This document shows positions 9,869 through 20,264 of a stretch of DNA of 56,353 nucleotides, one piece after another. The stretch's first letter is position 1, and each line of letters starts with the position of its first letter. A program made the translations under genes and the position numbers. The stretch lies in IMG/VR virus record IMGVR_UViG_3300002026_001292; one strand, given 5' to 3'. This DNA is from an uncultured virus (IMG/VR IMGVR_UViG_3300002026_001292) (taxonomy: Duplodnaviria; Heunggongvirae; Uroviricota; Caudoviricetes). Below the pieces are notes generated by a model, which worked only from the letters and a program-made list of their open reading frames with translations, made no database searches and was not told where the DNA came from.

Positions 9869-10725
9869 CGGCAATAGAAGACGTATACGATGAATTATAT
9901 TGCGGCAAATGGGAAGATTTAATCTTAACTATTCCTAACAATTCAATTGATTTAATAGTCACGAGCCCTCCATATAATATAGGACTAGGCGTTGACAATA
10001 AATATAAAAAAGACGCATATGATTCTTATAATGATGATATGCCATATGACCAATATATTCAATGGATGACCAATCTGTTTTTTGAATGCAATAGAGTACT
10101 CAAATTCGGCGGAAGACTATGCGTTAATATTGCCGATGGTTCCAATGGTAAAATCCCTACTCATATTGACTTTACCAATGTATTAATAAACAAACTGCAT
10201 ACGTTGGTAACAAAACAAAATAAGGAAGAATGGTTTAACCCTTTTCAAATGATAACGACTATTGTATGGGACAAAGACCAGATAGGGAATAGCACCAGTT
10301 GGGGATCGTTTAAATCACCAAGTTGTCCTTCTTTCCCAACTCAATTCGAATTTATAATAATGGTTGGTAAAGGTACGAATAAACATCAAGGGAGTGGAGA
10401 GGTTTCAGTTTCTAGTGATAATTTCATTCGTAATTCTAGAGCGTTATGGAAATTTCAACCAGAAAGTGGAATGATTAAGAACTATGATCATCCAGCAATG
10501 TTTTCAGAAGAACTCCCAAGACGTTGCATAGACCAGTTGACATACGTTGGGGATGTTGTTCTAGACCCTTTTTCTGGAGCTGGAACTACATGTGCAGTTG
10601 CTAAAAAAATGGGGAGACATTATATCGGTTTTGAAATGTCTGAAAAATATCACAGCAAAGCCACTGAAAGATTGTCGTTAATTCCTACTATGGGTAAGGT
10701 GGGATTGCCAGAATGGATGAGTTGA
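9856..10725 (+). CDS. Beta-class amino (N4-C/N6-A) DNA methyltransferase
   Basis: IDLIVTSPPYN (motif IV) precedes HPAMF and VLDPFSGAGTT (motif I). Confidence 0.9.
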   Translation: MDIMTAIEDVYDELYCGKWEDLILTIPNNSIDLIVTSPPYNIGLGVDNKYKKDAYDSYNDDMPYDQYIQWMTNLFFECNRVLKFGGRLCVNIADGSNGKIPTHIDFTNVLINKLHTLVTKQNKEEWFNPFQMITTIVWDKDQIGNSTSWGSFKSPSCPSFPTQFEFIIMVGKGTNKHQGSGEVSVSSDNFIRNSRALWKFQPESGMIKNYDHPAMFSEELPRRCIDQLTYVGDVVLDPFSGAGTTCAVAKKMGRHYIGFEMSEKYHSKATERLSLIPTMGKVGLPEWMS

Positions 10726-10788
10726 AAAATGTCTTGATTTGTTTAAAATATATGGTATAGTATTGCAAATGAAAAGAAAGGAATAAAA

Positions 10789-11022
10789 ATGAATGTTTAT
10801 AAAGTTGAGTTAATGATTATTGATCATGATGGGATTGGCGGAGAATCAATCAAAGAAGTTTTAGAGAATGTAAAATATCCTAATTGGTGTATAAGTCCAG
10901 ATGTTATGGCTATTGAATCTAGAGACATTGGAGAGTGGCATGACGGTCATATTCTTAATAACACTAGATTGCGGGGGGCTGAATACAAACGCATTTTCCC
11001 AGCTAACATTAGAGTTGATTAA
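10789..11022 (+). CDS. Hypothetical phage protein
   Basis: ORF with AAGGA SD. Confidence 0.65.
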   Translation: MNVYKVELMIIDHDGIGGESIKEVLENVKYPNWCISPDVMAIESRDIGEWHDGHILNNTRLRGAEYKRIFPANIRVD

Positions 11023-11045
11023 TTAAAAGAAAGTAGAATAATATT

Positions 11046-11546
11046 ATGATAGAAAACGCAATTTATAACGCATTCCTTAAAAAAACAAAAAGAGAGAAAA
11101 TGGATAGTAATGGGAATTGGCAATATCCTATGTTTTGGGCTATCGATTTACATGATGTTATTATTCCTGGCACCTATACACGGAATAATGATAAGAGAGA
11201 GTTTTATCCAGATGCCAAAGAAGTTTTGCAATGGCTGACAAATAGAGAAGATATGTGTATCATTTTGTATACATCCAGTCATCAAGACTCAATCGCTGAT
11301 ATTGTTAAATGGCTAGGCGAAAGTGAAATCAAAATCGATTTTATCAATGAAAATCCACTTTGTCCCAATACAGAATTATGTGATTTTTCAGGTAAATTCT
11401 ACATGGATATTCTCTTGGAGGACAAGGCTGGATTTGTTGGCGAAACGGATTGGACAACTATAAAACACACTCTTATGGATTCTAAGCAGTGGCACTTTAA
11501 AAAATCACATACCGAATTTAATTGGTACTCTAGTGTTGTTAAATAG
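11046..11546 (+). CDS. HAD-superfamily-like hydrolase
   Basis: AIDLHDVI (degenerate DxDxT), ILYTS, INENP, K...DILLEDKA. Confidence 0.7.
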   Translation: MIENAIYNAFLKKTKREKMDSNGNWQYPMFWAIDLHDVIIPGTYTRNNDKREFYPDAKEVLQWLTNREDMCIILYTSSHQDSIADIVKWLGESEIKIDFINENPLCPNTELCDFSGKFYMDILLEDKAGFVGETDWTTIKHTLMDSKQWHFKKSHTEFNWYSSVVK

Positions 11547-11847
11547 CTGCACCAAAAGCTTTTATGATATTTTTAACTTGTTTTACTGACAACGCATTTA
11601 CGATTCTACTTTCAAGATTAAGTATCCATGTTTCGCATTTATCGGGATACCATTTATGTAAATATTCATGAATTAGAGTGGGAACAAGCTCTCTTCTGTA
11701 ATCCAAAGAGATTTCTTCTGTCCCATAATCATATAAACCTTGACGATGTGCCCCCATTTTCTTTAAAATCAATAGATGATTCCCCTCTCTAAGCTCTTTA
11801 TATAAGCGAGAAGTTATCTTGTACAGGTGTTGTTTGTTGTAGGACAT
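11539..11847 (-). CDS. Small zincin-like (HExxH) protein
   Basis: GLYD...ISLD...TLIHEYLH; start moved to ATG 11847 behind an AAAGG-N19-GAATTA motif. Confidence 0.65.
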   Translation of the reverse strand: MSYNKQHLYKITSRLYKELREGNHLLILKKMGAHRQGLYDYGTEEISLDYRRELVPTLIHEYLHKWYPDKCETWILNLESRIVNALSVKQVKNIIKAFGAAI

Positions 11848-11902
11848 GGCAACATTTAATTCTAGCAAAGGATTCCAATTACCTTTTATTGAATTACCAT
11901 AT

Positions 11903-12145
11903 ATGAATAATAAAAAACCAGACGAGATAAGGATAATAGCACAAGTATCTGATAAAATGGAACTTATAGACAAAAGATTGTATAATAATTTTGCAAGATT
12001 TGGTAATATTATGGATGTAGCTCGTCAATATGGTATAAAATCGAAAAAAGTCAGTAATGGAATCGAATTTTATGCACCTAAGTCAAGGCTTCAGATGTTT
12101 GTTGAGAAGTTGCATTTTTCTCAAACCCCATTTAGAGAAATTTAA
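11903..12145 (+). CDS. Hypothetical protein
   Basis: Start moved to ATG 11903 behind an AAAGG-N19-GAATTA motif. Confidence 0.55.
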   Translation: MNNKKPDEIRIIAQVSDKMELIDKRLYNNFARFGNIMDVARQYGIKSKKVSNGIEFYAPKSRLQMFVEKLHFSQTPFREI

Positions 12146-12206
12146 AGATTTGTCTTGAATTTATCTAATGCATTGAATATACTATTAAAAATATTGAAAG
12201 GATGCC

Positions 12207-13364
12207 ATGGATTTAAAAGAATTAGAAGAAAGTGGATTGATTTTTTATAAGACGATTGTAGGTAGCCGGTCTTATGGAACAGATACCAAAGATTCAGATA
12301 CCGATATAAAAGGTTTCTATTGGGTAGATCCATCTGAATACCTTAGCCTAAATCCGCCCGTAACTCCTCAGACTAGTCAAATAAACGATGAAAAGCATAA
12401 TGTTGTTTATTATAGTCCTTATCGTGCTTTTGAATTGTTGAAAACGGCGAATCCTAATTTTATAGAACTATTATGGACGCCAAAAGATTGTGTAATTAAG
12501 ACAGATGATGTTATAATGCCAATACTTTTAGAGAATAGAAATCTTTTCATTACCAAAGAGGCTTATCATTCTCACGCCGAATATGCTTTAGCTCAGATTA
12601 AAAGAGCGAAAGGCAAAAACAAAAAGGTGCATAATCCATGTTCAGAAACAATGCCGGTTAAGGAAGATTTTTGCAGGGTTATACTTTTATCTAATTTTCA
12701 ATGGGAAGAATGTGACTTGGGTTTAGATATACCTGGTGAAGAAAATGGATGGACATTTAAAAATATGTTTCCGTTCAGACCAATTCCAGTTAAAGAAACA
12801 AATATCAATTTAGATCATTGTCATGTTGCTTCTTTGGAACATGCGCCTAACATTTATCGTTTGTATCATTATGGCGATAAAGCTAAAGGAGTATTTCGTG
12901 GAGACAATATGTTGGTTTGCGAATCAATTCCAAAACAGGACGAATGGGATAAAATAATCGGCATTTTGGTTTATGACAAGAACGAATATGACAAGGCTGT
13001 TAAAGATTGGCACTCGTACTGGAGTTGGAAAAAAAATTCTAATCCAGAACGATGGAAGTCTCAGGAAGGTGGAATGATTGATTTCGACGTGAAAAACATG
13101 CAACACTCCTTCAGGTTGATTTATTCTGGTTTGAATATATTGAAGCATGGAGAACCTATCGTAAGATTTGAAGGAGATATGTTGAGGTTTTTAAGAGAAA
13201 TTCGAGACGAGAAATATACCTATGAAGATTTAATGAGTAAATTAAATGTACTAGAGAAAGAAATGGCTAGTTTATTTGAAAGTTCTAAATTGCCTGATAC
13301 ATGTGATGAAGTTAAATTGAACAATCTATATAAGCACTTAATGGATGTTGGGAGTAAACAATGA
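12207..13364 (+). CDS. Pol-beta superfamily nucleotidyltransferase (RlaP/YcgL-like)
   Basis: VGSRSYGTDTKDSDTDIKG (GS...DxD), ANPNFIELL, KNMQHSFRL, LREIR. Confidence 0.85.
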   Translation: MDLKELEESGLIFYKTIVGSRSYGTDTKDSDTDIKGFYWVDPSEYLSLNPPVTPQTSQINDEKHNVVYYSPYRAFELLKTANPNFIELLWTPKDCVIKTDDVIMPILLENRNLFITKEAYHSHAEYALAQIKRAKGKNKKVHNPCSETMPVKEDFCRVILLSNFQWEECDLGLDIPGEENGWTFKNMFPFRPIPVKETNINLDHCHVASLEHAPNIYRLYHYGDKAKGVFRGDNMLVCESIPKQDEWDKIIGILVYDKNEYDKAVKDWHSYWSWKKNSNPERWKSQEGGMIDFDVKNMQHSFRLIYSGLNILKHGEPIVRFEGDMLRFLREIRDEKYTYEDLMSKLNVLEKEMASLFESSKLPDTCDEVKLNNLYKHLMDVGSKQ

Positions 13365-13861
13365 ATAACAAATGGGAGCAATTAATCATGAATGAAATTA
13401 TGGATCAAGTTAAAGTTATACCGCCGCCAAGACCTAAAGTCAACGAGGAAATCATACGTATTGCGGCAGAAAAGATTGTCGCTCAATTTTCCAATCCACC
13501 AATAAAAGGTGACGAAGATTATTATGTACGAGATATTGTTGAATCTTATTATTATGTAATGGATGGATATGAGTTGGCAAAGCGATTGGATAGGGACTGT
13601 GGTTGGGATATAACTGTAGATTTGGTTAATGCTCTTGACGGTATGGATCACGATGTCATAACTGTTTTAGAAAAGAGAGAAAAGGAATGGGCGAAAGAGT
13701 ACAATATTCAGCCAACCCTTGAAATGAATACAAAAATCAAAGAAGGTGTAATCGTTGGAATAGACGAATATCATGCCGCAAGATACAAGGTCAGGGAATA
13801 TGATTGTATTAAGGACAACAAATACCGTTTAATTAAGTTTGAAGATGCGATTCCTGTGTAG
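13361..13861 (+). CDS. Hypothetical phage protein
   Basis: 166-aa coupled ORF. Confidence 0.65.
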   Translation: MNNKWEQLIMNEIMDQVKVIPPPRPKVNEEIIRIAAEKIVAQFSNPPIKGDEDYYVRDIVESYYYVMDGYELAKRLDRDCGWDITVDLVNALDGMDHDVITVLEKREKEWAKEYNIQPTLEMNTKIKEGVIVGIDEYHAARYKVREYDCIKDNKYRLIKFEDAIPV

Positions 13862-14159
13862 CGGGACTATTATTGCCAATGATATGCGGGACTGCATTGT
13901 TGCCAGTAAAGCTTTCTTCTTCTTTCTTATGCCAAAACAATCTCCATCCTGAAGAAGTCATTGTCCATCCTTCAATTATTATCTCACCAATATGTATTTT
14001 GTTGTGGCAATTCGAGCAACATGGGCAGACATTTGAAGGATGATTGTAATTAGGTATTTTTCGTCCTAGTATATGATGCTCCTGTAGATATTCATAAGCA
14101 CCGCATATCTCGCAAGGAAATTTAGTTTTTGTTTTTTGCCCTTTTGGTATCTTTCGCAT
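13833..14159 (-). CDS. HNH endonuclease
   Basis: CEICG...EHHI...N...CSNCHNKIH; start moved to ATG 14159 behind AGGAG. Confidence 0.8.
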   Translation of the reverse strand: MRKIPKGQKTKTKFPCEICGAYEYLQEHHILGRKIPNYNHPSNVCPCCSNCHNKIHIGEIIIEGWTMTSSGWRLFWHKKEEESFTGNNAVPHIIGNNSPATQESHLQT

Positions 14160-14246
14160 CTTTCTCCTAATTAGAACATCAATATTATACAATTTCACAA
14201 ATAAAACCTATTGATAAAAGAAAATGTATAATACAATAAAAGGTAA

Positions 14247-15959
14247 TTGAACATGTGGAAACAAAAAAGATACGAAAAAGAAAAAGAATCAATTATTGCT
14301 CAAAAAGGCATACACGGAATCCTAGCAAGATTGATGTCACAAAGGAATATCGACGCTGATTTGTCGTTTTCATTTTTGGATGCAGATTATAACGGACTGT
14401 CTCATCCGTATAAATTACATGATGTTGAAAAAGCAGTCAATATATTTATCGAAGTAGCCAAGAATAAAGGCACAGTAAGCGTTATCGGTGATTATGATGC
14501 TGATGGGATAATAAGTAGCACAATGTTGAAAGAACTTTGCAATACTTTCGGGTTACAATGCAATGTGTTTTTGCCATCTCGAATTGACCACGGATACGGA
14601 TTAAATCAAAAAACTATAAAAGCCTTTGCAGAAAGTTTAAAGAAAATTCCTGATTTACTAATAATTACCGATTGTGGAATGAACAATAGTCCTCAAATCA
14701 ATGAATTAAGAGGATTAGGAATAAAGAAGATAATCGTAATAGACCATCATGAAGGAAGCGGCGATAATATATCACTTAATGCCGATGCACTTGTAACATG
14801 GCATTTATCAGATGGATTTAACGAGATGTGTGCTTGCGGCGAGGTCTTCCAATTTATAAGAGGCATAAGATGGGTCACGAAAAAAGTCAATCCAATAGAA
14901 TTCCTAACATATGCTGCTATCGGAACTGTTGCAGATGTTAGCCCTGTAATCGGAGACAATAGGATTATCGTTAGACAAGGATTAACTGAATATTCAATTA
15001 ATCATGTGGCGGGTGCAGGATTGAAAGCATTATTGAAACAATCTAATATACATATAACGGCATTAACGCAAGAGGATATAGCGTTCAAGATAGCTCCAAA
15101 GATAAATGCTGTTGGTAGAATGTTCCATCCCGATTCTGTATATCATTTGTTGGTTGAAAGGAATGTAAGTTCAGCCGAAAACTTGGCCGAACATATCACT
15201 AAATATAATGAAGAACGTAAACTGGTTCAGAGTCAAATAGAAAAAGAAGCTAAATTGTCGATAGTACCAAGCGACAATCTTCATGGGATATTGACATATA
15301 ACAAAAATTGGCATATCGGTGTAGTTGGTATAGTTGCCTCTAGAATTGCTGAAACATATAATTGCCCGTCTTTGGTAGTTGGTTATAAAGATGGAGTATG
15401 GAAAGGTAGCGGAAGATCTATAAACGGCATACACATAAAGAAAATCCTTGATACTTGTCCAGAAATATTTGCTGGATATGGTGGTCATGCAGGAGCGGTT
15501 GGACTTACACTAAAAGAAGATATGATTGATAAAGCCCCATCTATATTCAATGATGCTTGTGAAAAATATTTGAGAGTCCATCAAGTTGAAAACAAATCAT
15601 TGAAAATGTTCGATGCTCATTTGAAACCACAAGCTATTACAAAAGAAGTAGGAGAGGAAATCATCAAATTGTCTCCTTATTGCAATACGAATAATCCCGA
15701 ACCAGTATTCAAACTTTCTAATGTAAAGATTGTTGAATCAAAATTTATTGAAAAAGAGACATGGCGTTTATTAAAATTCAAAGTCGAAAAAGACGGTTTC
15801 CAAGTCCCATATTCATTTAAAACGTTTTCGCCGCCATGTGGTTCTGAAATTGAGGGAAGATTGGCTAATATATTCTTTAGTTTTCCTCAAAAAATGGAAG
15901 ATCCGTCTAATAAATTCTTCGAATATGAATTAAGCGGAGTTGATATAGAATTAATTTGA
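14247..15959 (+). CDS. recJ: Single-stranded DNA exonuclease RecJ (DHH)
   Basis: GDYDADG, P.R..GYGL, TDCG, IDHH, IGTVADV, PKINAVGR, GSGRS, GGHAGAVG. Confidence 0.95.
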   Translation: MNMWKQKRYEKEKESIIAQKGIHGILARLMSQRNIDADLSFSFLDADYNGLSHPYKLHDVEKAVNIFIEVAKNKGTVSVIGDYDADGIISSTMLKELCNTFGLQCNVFLPSRIDHGYGLNQKTIKAFAESLKKIPDLLIITDCGMNNSPQINELRGLGIKKIIVIDHHEGSGDNISLNADALVTWHLSDGFNEMCACGEVFQFIRGIRWVTKKVNPIEFLTYAAIGTVADVSPVIGDNRIIVRQGLTEYSINHVAGAGLKALLKQSNIHITALTQEDIAFKIAPKINAVGRMFHPDSVYHLLVERNVSSAENLAEHITKYNEERKLVQSQIEKEAKLSIVPSDNLHGILTYNKNWHIGVVGIVASRIAETYNCPSLVVGYKDGVWKGSGRSINGIHIKKILDTCPEIFAGYGGHAGAVGLTLKEDMIDKAPSIFNDACEKYLRVHQVENKSLKMFDAHLKPQAITKEVGEEIIKLSPYCNTNNPEPVFKLSNVKIVESKFIEKETWRLLKFKVEKDGFQVPYSFKTFSPPCGSEIEGRLANIFFSFPQKMEDPSNKFFEYELSGVDIELI

Positions 15960-16057
15960 ATTTAATGCTTGCATATCAACTTAATCCATGATAGTATATG
16001 TTTAACGCTTGAGGAAATTGTATAATATATTGAATATAGAATTGTTAGGAGGCAGGT

Positions 16058-16234
16058 ATGAGATTTTTGATTGCATTTTTCTTGTTGCTGATTGGTGGCG
16101 TTGGAGGGACTGGTTTATTTCTATTATGCTTTGGATGGGCTACGTTTTTATGTTTAACGAAGATTTCCGATCAAATTGATGACATTGCAAAAAAAATAAA
16201 CGAAACGAAAGGTAGTGAAAATGAATGTGAATAA
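16058..16234 (+). CDS. Small membrane protein (58 aa, absent from ORF track)
   Basis: AGGAGG SD; MRFLIAFFLLLIGGVGGTGLFLLCFGWATFLCL hydrophobic N-terminus. Confidence 0.55.
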   Translation: MRFLIAFFLLLIGGVGGTGLFLLCFGWATFLCLTKISDQIDDIAKKINETKGSENECE

Positions 16235-18230
16235 GATGACAAAAGTTGATAAATCGCTATCTTTTGAAGATCGCATCGCTTTTTTGAAGTATTGTGCGGA
16301 TTTATATGAGACAAATGGGACTTCGCCTATCTCTGACGCACAATATGATATGGAGTATGCGGAATTGGAACAAATTGATCCTAATCATAAGTTTTTTGAA
16401 GAAGTAGGCGGAATGGCAAATGACCATATCTACGGGACTCAGGTAAAGCATGTTGTAATGATGGGTAGTTTGAACAAATCGCCAGATATTGAATCATTTG
16501 AGAAGTGGTTGAAGGCTACTTACAAGAATTCCGAATGCTTCATGTTGCAGCATAAAATTGACGGTTTGTCTTTGGGTCTTACGTATGAAAACGGGAAATT
16601 AGTCAGAGCAGCTACGAGAGGAGATGGTACGACTGGCATTGATGTAACTAAAAACGCAATTTATGTCAAAGGCGTTTTAACTTCTATTCCAGAGAAAGGA
16701 ACGGTTGAAGTAAGAGGCGAATGTTTTAAAGATAGAGCTGATTTCTATAAAAAATGGCACACTTCTGTTATGGTTGATGGATACAAGAATCCACGAAACT
16801 TCTCCGCTGGCTCATTGAATCAGATTGACCCTAAAGTAACAGAACAGCGTGGTTTGGAATTCATCGGCTATGAAGTTGTGCAAAAGGATTTCGAAACAGA
16901 ACTTGATAAGAATAAGTTCCTTGTTTCTTGCGGGTTTAAGACATTGCAGGAATCCACCAGAAGAACTAAAGCGGGGTTGACATTCGATCAGATTGTTTTG
17001 GCAGTCAAACAGTATATGGATGGCATTGATCGCGGACAATTGCCTTACGATATTGATGGAATCGTTGTCAAGTTAAATGTCATTAAGGCGGCTAAGAAAA
17101 TGGGTTCTGTTGACGGTGGAAGAAAACCAAAGTCGAATAGGGCTGTAAAATTCCCTCCTGAAGAAAAAGAAACTATTTTGGAAGCTGTAGAGTGTAATGT
17201 TGGTAGGACTGGAGCACTTACGCCAGTTGCAATTCTAAAGCCTGTTGAATTGGGCGGAGCAATTATTACAAGGGCAACTCTTCACAACTATTCCGCTTTG
17301 GATGGTAATGATGCCATTCGAATCGGTGCTACGGTTGTTATCGCTAAAAAGGGAGATATTATTCCTCAAATCATTCGTGTCAAAACAAATGGTTACAAAG
17401 CGATTGATATTCCGACTGTTTGCCCTTCTTGCGGACACCCTGTTACATGGGATAGCAATCATGTTGAAATTGTTTGCGATAATATCAATTGTCTTGCTCA
17501 GTTAAACAAGAAGATTGAGCATTGGTTTAAGAAGATTGGCGTAAAAGGAATTGGTGGTGGTACGATAGCTAAATTGACTAGTCCCGATGTATTACTTTGG
17601 GAAGGTCGTACAATTATTGAATCGTTGCCTGAAATGTATTATATGTTGGATAATGACAGAAAGAGCGAGCACCCATTCCGTAAGTATGCAAGAATTAAGG
17701 AAATTTTTGGAGAGCAGACATATAAGAATATCATTGACAGTGTAAACAGCGTAAAGGAAGTTACATTGCCAGAATTCATTGAGGCTCTTGGTATTGGCAG
17801 AGTTGGTCGAACAGCAGCAGATATTGTGGCAATTGCTCCTACCGTTGATGATATTGATCGGCTTACGGTTCAGGATGTTGCAAATATATCAGGTTTTGCG
17901 TTAATCAAGGCTCAAGGGTTTATTGATGGTTGGAAAGCGGTTAGAGGCGAGATCGAACAGCTATTGAAATATGTAACTGTAAAGGTCAATGCTTGTTCTA
18001 GTGATAAGTTGGTTGGTAAGTCATTCTGTTTTACGGGTTCTTTCGCCAATCCAACCAGAAGTGAAATGGAAAAAATTGTAACTGATAACGGCGGCAAGAT
18101 TTCTTCTGTTTCAAAGAATCTAACGGCATTGGTATGGGATGGGGAGATTAGTGGTGCAAAGTTTGAAAAGGCGAAGCAAATTGGCGTTAATATATTCAGT
18201 CAGGATGATTTCTTGAAATTGTTGAATTAA
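16215..18230 (+). CDS. ligA: NAD-dependent DNA ligase
   Basis: ISDAQYD, KIDG adenylation motif, TRGDG, EVRGE, NPRN, VGRTG, CPSC Zn finger, C-terminal BRCT; true start may be 16236. Confidence 0.97.
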   Translation: MKMNVNKMTKVDKSLSFEDRIAFLKYCADLYETNGTSPISDAQYDMEYAELEQIDPNHKFFEEVGGMANDHIYGTQVKHVVMMGSLNKSPDIESFEKWLKATYKNSECFMLQHKIDGLSLGLTYENGKLVRAATRGDGTTGIDVTKNAIYVKGVLTSIPEKGTVEVRGECFKDRADFYKKWHTSVMVDGYKNPRNFSAGSLNQIDPKVTEQRGLEFIGYEVVQKDFETELDKNKFLVSCGFKTLQESTRRTKAGLTFDQIVLAVKQYMDGIDRGQLPYDIDGIVVKLNVIKAAKKMGSVDGGRKPKSNRAVKFPPEEKETILEAVECNVGRTGALTPVAILKPVELGGAIITRATLHNYSALDGNDAIRIGATVVIAKKGDIIPQIIRVKTNGYKAIDIPTVCPSCGHPVTWDSNHVEIVCDNINCLAQLNKKIEHWFKKIGVKGIGGGTIAKLTSPDVLLWEGRTIIESLPEMYYMLDNDRKSEHPFRKYARIKEIFGEQTYKNIIDSVNSVKEVTLPEFIEALGIGRVGRTAADIVAIAPTVDDIDRLTVQDVANISGFALIKAQGFIDGWKAVRGEIEQLLKYVTVKVNACSSDKLVGKSFCFTGSFANPTRSEMEKIVTDNGGKISSVSKNLTALVWDGEISGAKFEKAKQIGVNIFSQDDFLKLLN

Positions 18231-18244
18231 TCATAAGGGGGAAA

Positions 18245-20206
18245 ATGGTAAATGATGATTTGGTTGCACATATAAGGACAAAACAACGTAAACTTTTACA
18301 GGCGAAACAAGAACTGAAAAAGCATTTCGTTGGATTGGATGAAATTATAGATAGGGTGATTAAAGATATTGAAACTTGGTATATTATGCCAGAGCTTCTA
18401 ACTCGCCCACCTATTATCTGTCTCTGGGGTCCAACCGGCGTAGGCAAAACTGATCTGGTCAGAAGATTAGTGAAATGTTTGCATGTACAAGACCGTTTTT
18501 GCGAAATGACGCTCTCCAACAAAGGTGCAACTTCAACACCTTGGAGCAGTAGCATCGGATCAATTTTAAGAAGTTCAAACGTTCAATCTGGAATACAATC
18601 TGTTATTTTAATGGATGAGATACAAGGATTTAGAACGATTGATGAAGACGGCAACGATATTCATGACTGCAAATTCAAAGATGTTTGGACGCTTTTGAGT
18701 GACGGCAAGCTTCCTTATCAGGTGGAAATTGAAAGTTTAATGAGTATGCTTTGGGATTTGCAGAAAACAGATGTGGTAGTAAATAATAAAAACAAAAGAC
18801 TGCCAGCGGAAGGTGTTGCTGCATCTGAACGTATGACTGCTCATGATCTTATAGATGACGACGACGATGATGATGAAGATCCTAAGCACGATTTTTATCA
18901 ATTGAATTATTTTAAGTCATTACTTCGTTTGGATGAACCGATTGAAGAAATCGCAACATGGCCTGATGCGAAACGAAAACAAATAATATTGAAAAGATTA
19001 ACGGATAAAACCATATTCGAGGAAGAGGATTACACAAAATGTCTAATATTCATATCTGGCAATCTTGACGAAGCTTATGGTTTTGCGAAAGATGTAAAGG
19101 AAGTTGATGCGGATGCAGATATATTACATGAAATTTCTAAAAAGATTAGCATTCTAGATATAAAAGAAGCTTTGACTAAGAGATTTAAGCCTGAACAGAT
19201 ATCTAGAATGGGGAATTCGCATGTGATTTATCCTTCACTAAATCGCGAATCATTTGAGACTATAATTGATCGCAAAATTGAAACAATAAGGTCGAGAATA
19301 AAAACCCAAACTAATATTGATGTGTTTGTAGACCAATCTATCAAGAAATTAATCTATGAAAATGGTGTTTTCCCAGCTCAAGGGACGAGACCTTTATTCT
19401 CAACAGTATCCGATATTCTTGAAAATTCCTTGCCAGACTTTTTGTTGAAAGCGATTCTCAAAGGAAATTCTGAACTTAACATATATTACGCTAAAGATGC
19501 AATTCGAGCTAATGTAGGTAAAGGGGAAGTCAAGAGGAGATATATTGGCGTAATAGACAAGCTTAAGACAGATCGTAGGAATAATGTTGATAGAAGAACT
19601 TTAACGGCTGTTCATGAAGCTGGTCACGCAGTAGCTTTTTCAATTCTATTTAAAGTTGCACCATCTCAAATTGTGGCAACTCCAGCTTCTAATGACACAG
19701 ATGGCTTTATTTATACAATTCAAGCTTGTCAATCAAAGGACATGGCTAAAAAGAGACTATGCGGGATGTTGGCTGGTCAAGCGGCTGAAAGAATAATATT
19801 CGGGGTTAATAACGTAACCAGCGGAAGTGGGCATGATCTAATTAAAGCTACTGAAAAAGCTGCCAGAATGGTTCGTAAATGGGGTATGGGTTCTTATGCG
19901 TCTGTTATCTCGAAAGAGGAAGTTGACCTTTCCAACAACGATATAGAAGGCTCTAATCAGATGATAGAAGCTTTAATTCAAAAATGCAAAAATGACGCCG
20001 AAGCTTTATTACAAAACAATATGAATTTATTGCAGGATGTAATCGATACATTGTTAGTTGTTGATAAAATAGAGCCTGCTGATTTTAAAATGATTTGTTC
20101 TAAACATGGCATTGAAATAGGACAGGCTATATCTTCTGAAGATGTTATTTATTGGGATTATGGTACTGCTTATCAGAAATTCAAGGAAAATCGAAAAAGT
20201 AATTGA
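18245..20206 (+). CDS. Soluble AAA+ ATPase fused to M41 (FtsH-type) metallopeptidase
   Basis: Walker A GPTGVGKT, ILMDE Walker B, GTRPL; TAVHEAGHA, LAGQAAERIIFG, G.GHDLIKAT; no transmembrane segment. Confidence 0.85.
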   Translation: MVNDDLVAHIRTKQRKLLQAKQELKKHFVGLDEIIDRVIKDIETWYIMPELLTRPPIICLWGPTGVGKTDLVRRLVKCLHVQDRFCEMTLSNKGATSTPWSSSIGSILRSSNVQSGIQSVILMDEIQGFRTIDEDGNDIHDCKFKDVWTLLSDGKLPYQVEIESLMSMLWDLQKTDVVVNNKNKRLPAEGVAASERMTAHDLIDDDDDDDEDPKHDFYQLNYFKSLLRLDEPIEEIATWPDAKRKQIILKRLTDKTIFEEEDYTKCLIFISGNLDEAYGFAKDVKEVDADADILHEISKKISILDIKEALTKRFKPEQISRMGNSHVIYPSLNRESFETIIDRKIETIRSRIKTQTNIDVFVDQSIKKLIYENGVFPAQGTRPLFSTVSDILENSLPDFLLKAILKGNSELNIYYAKDAIRANVGKGEVKRRYIGVIDKLKTDRRNNVDRRTLTAVHEAGHAVAFSILFKVAPSQIVATPASNDTDGFIYTIQACQSKDMAKKRLCGMLAGQAAERIIFGVNNVTSGSGHDLIKATEKAARMVRKWGMGSYASVISKEEVDLSNNDIEGSNQMIEALIQKCKNDAEALLQNNMNLLQDVIDTLLVVDKIEPADFKMICSKHGIEIGQAISSEDVIYWDYGTAYQKFKENRKSN

Positions 20207-20231
20207 CATTTACTTGTTTTGCTGATATATT
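20203..20231 (+). promoter_or_regulatory. Sigma70-type promoter of pncB
   Basis: TTGACA-N17-TATATT. Confidence 0.6.
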
Positions 20232-20264
20232 GCTTCTCAAGATAATTAAAAGAAAGGAAGAAAA

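Noticed and set aside
18854..18880. GAY trinucleotide run
   Set aside because: It only encodes a poly-Asp linker in the AAA protease.
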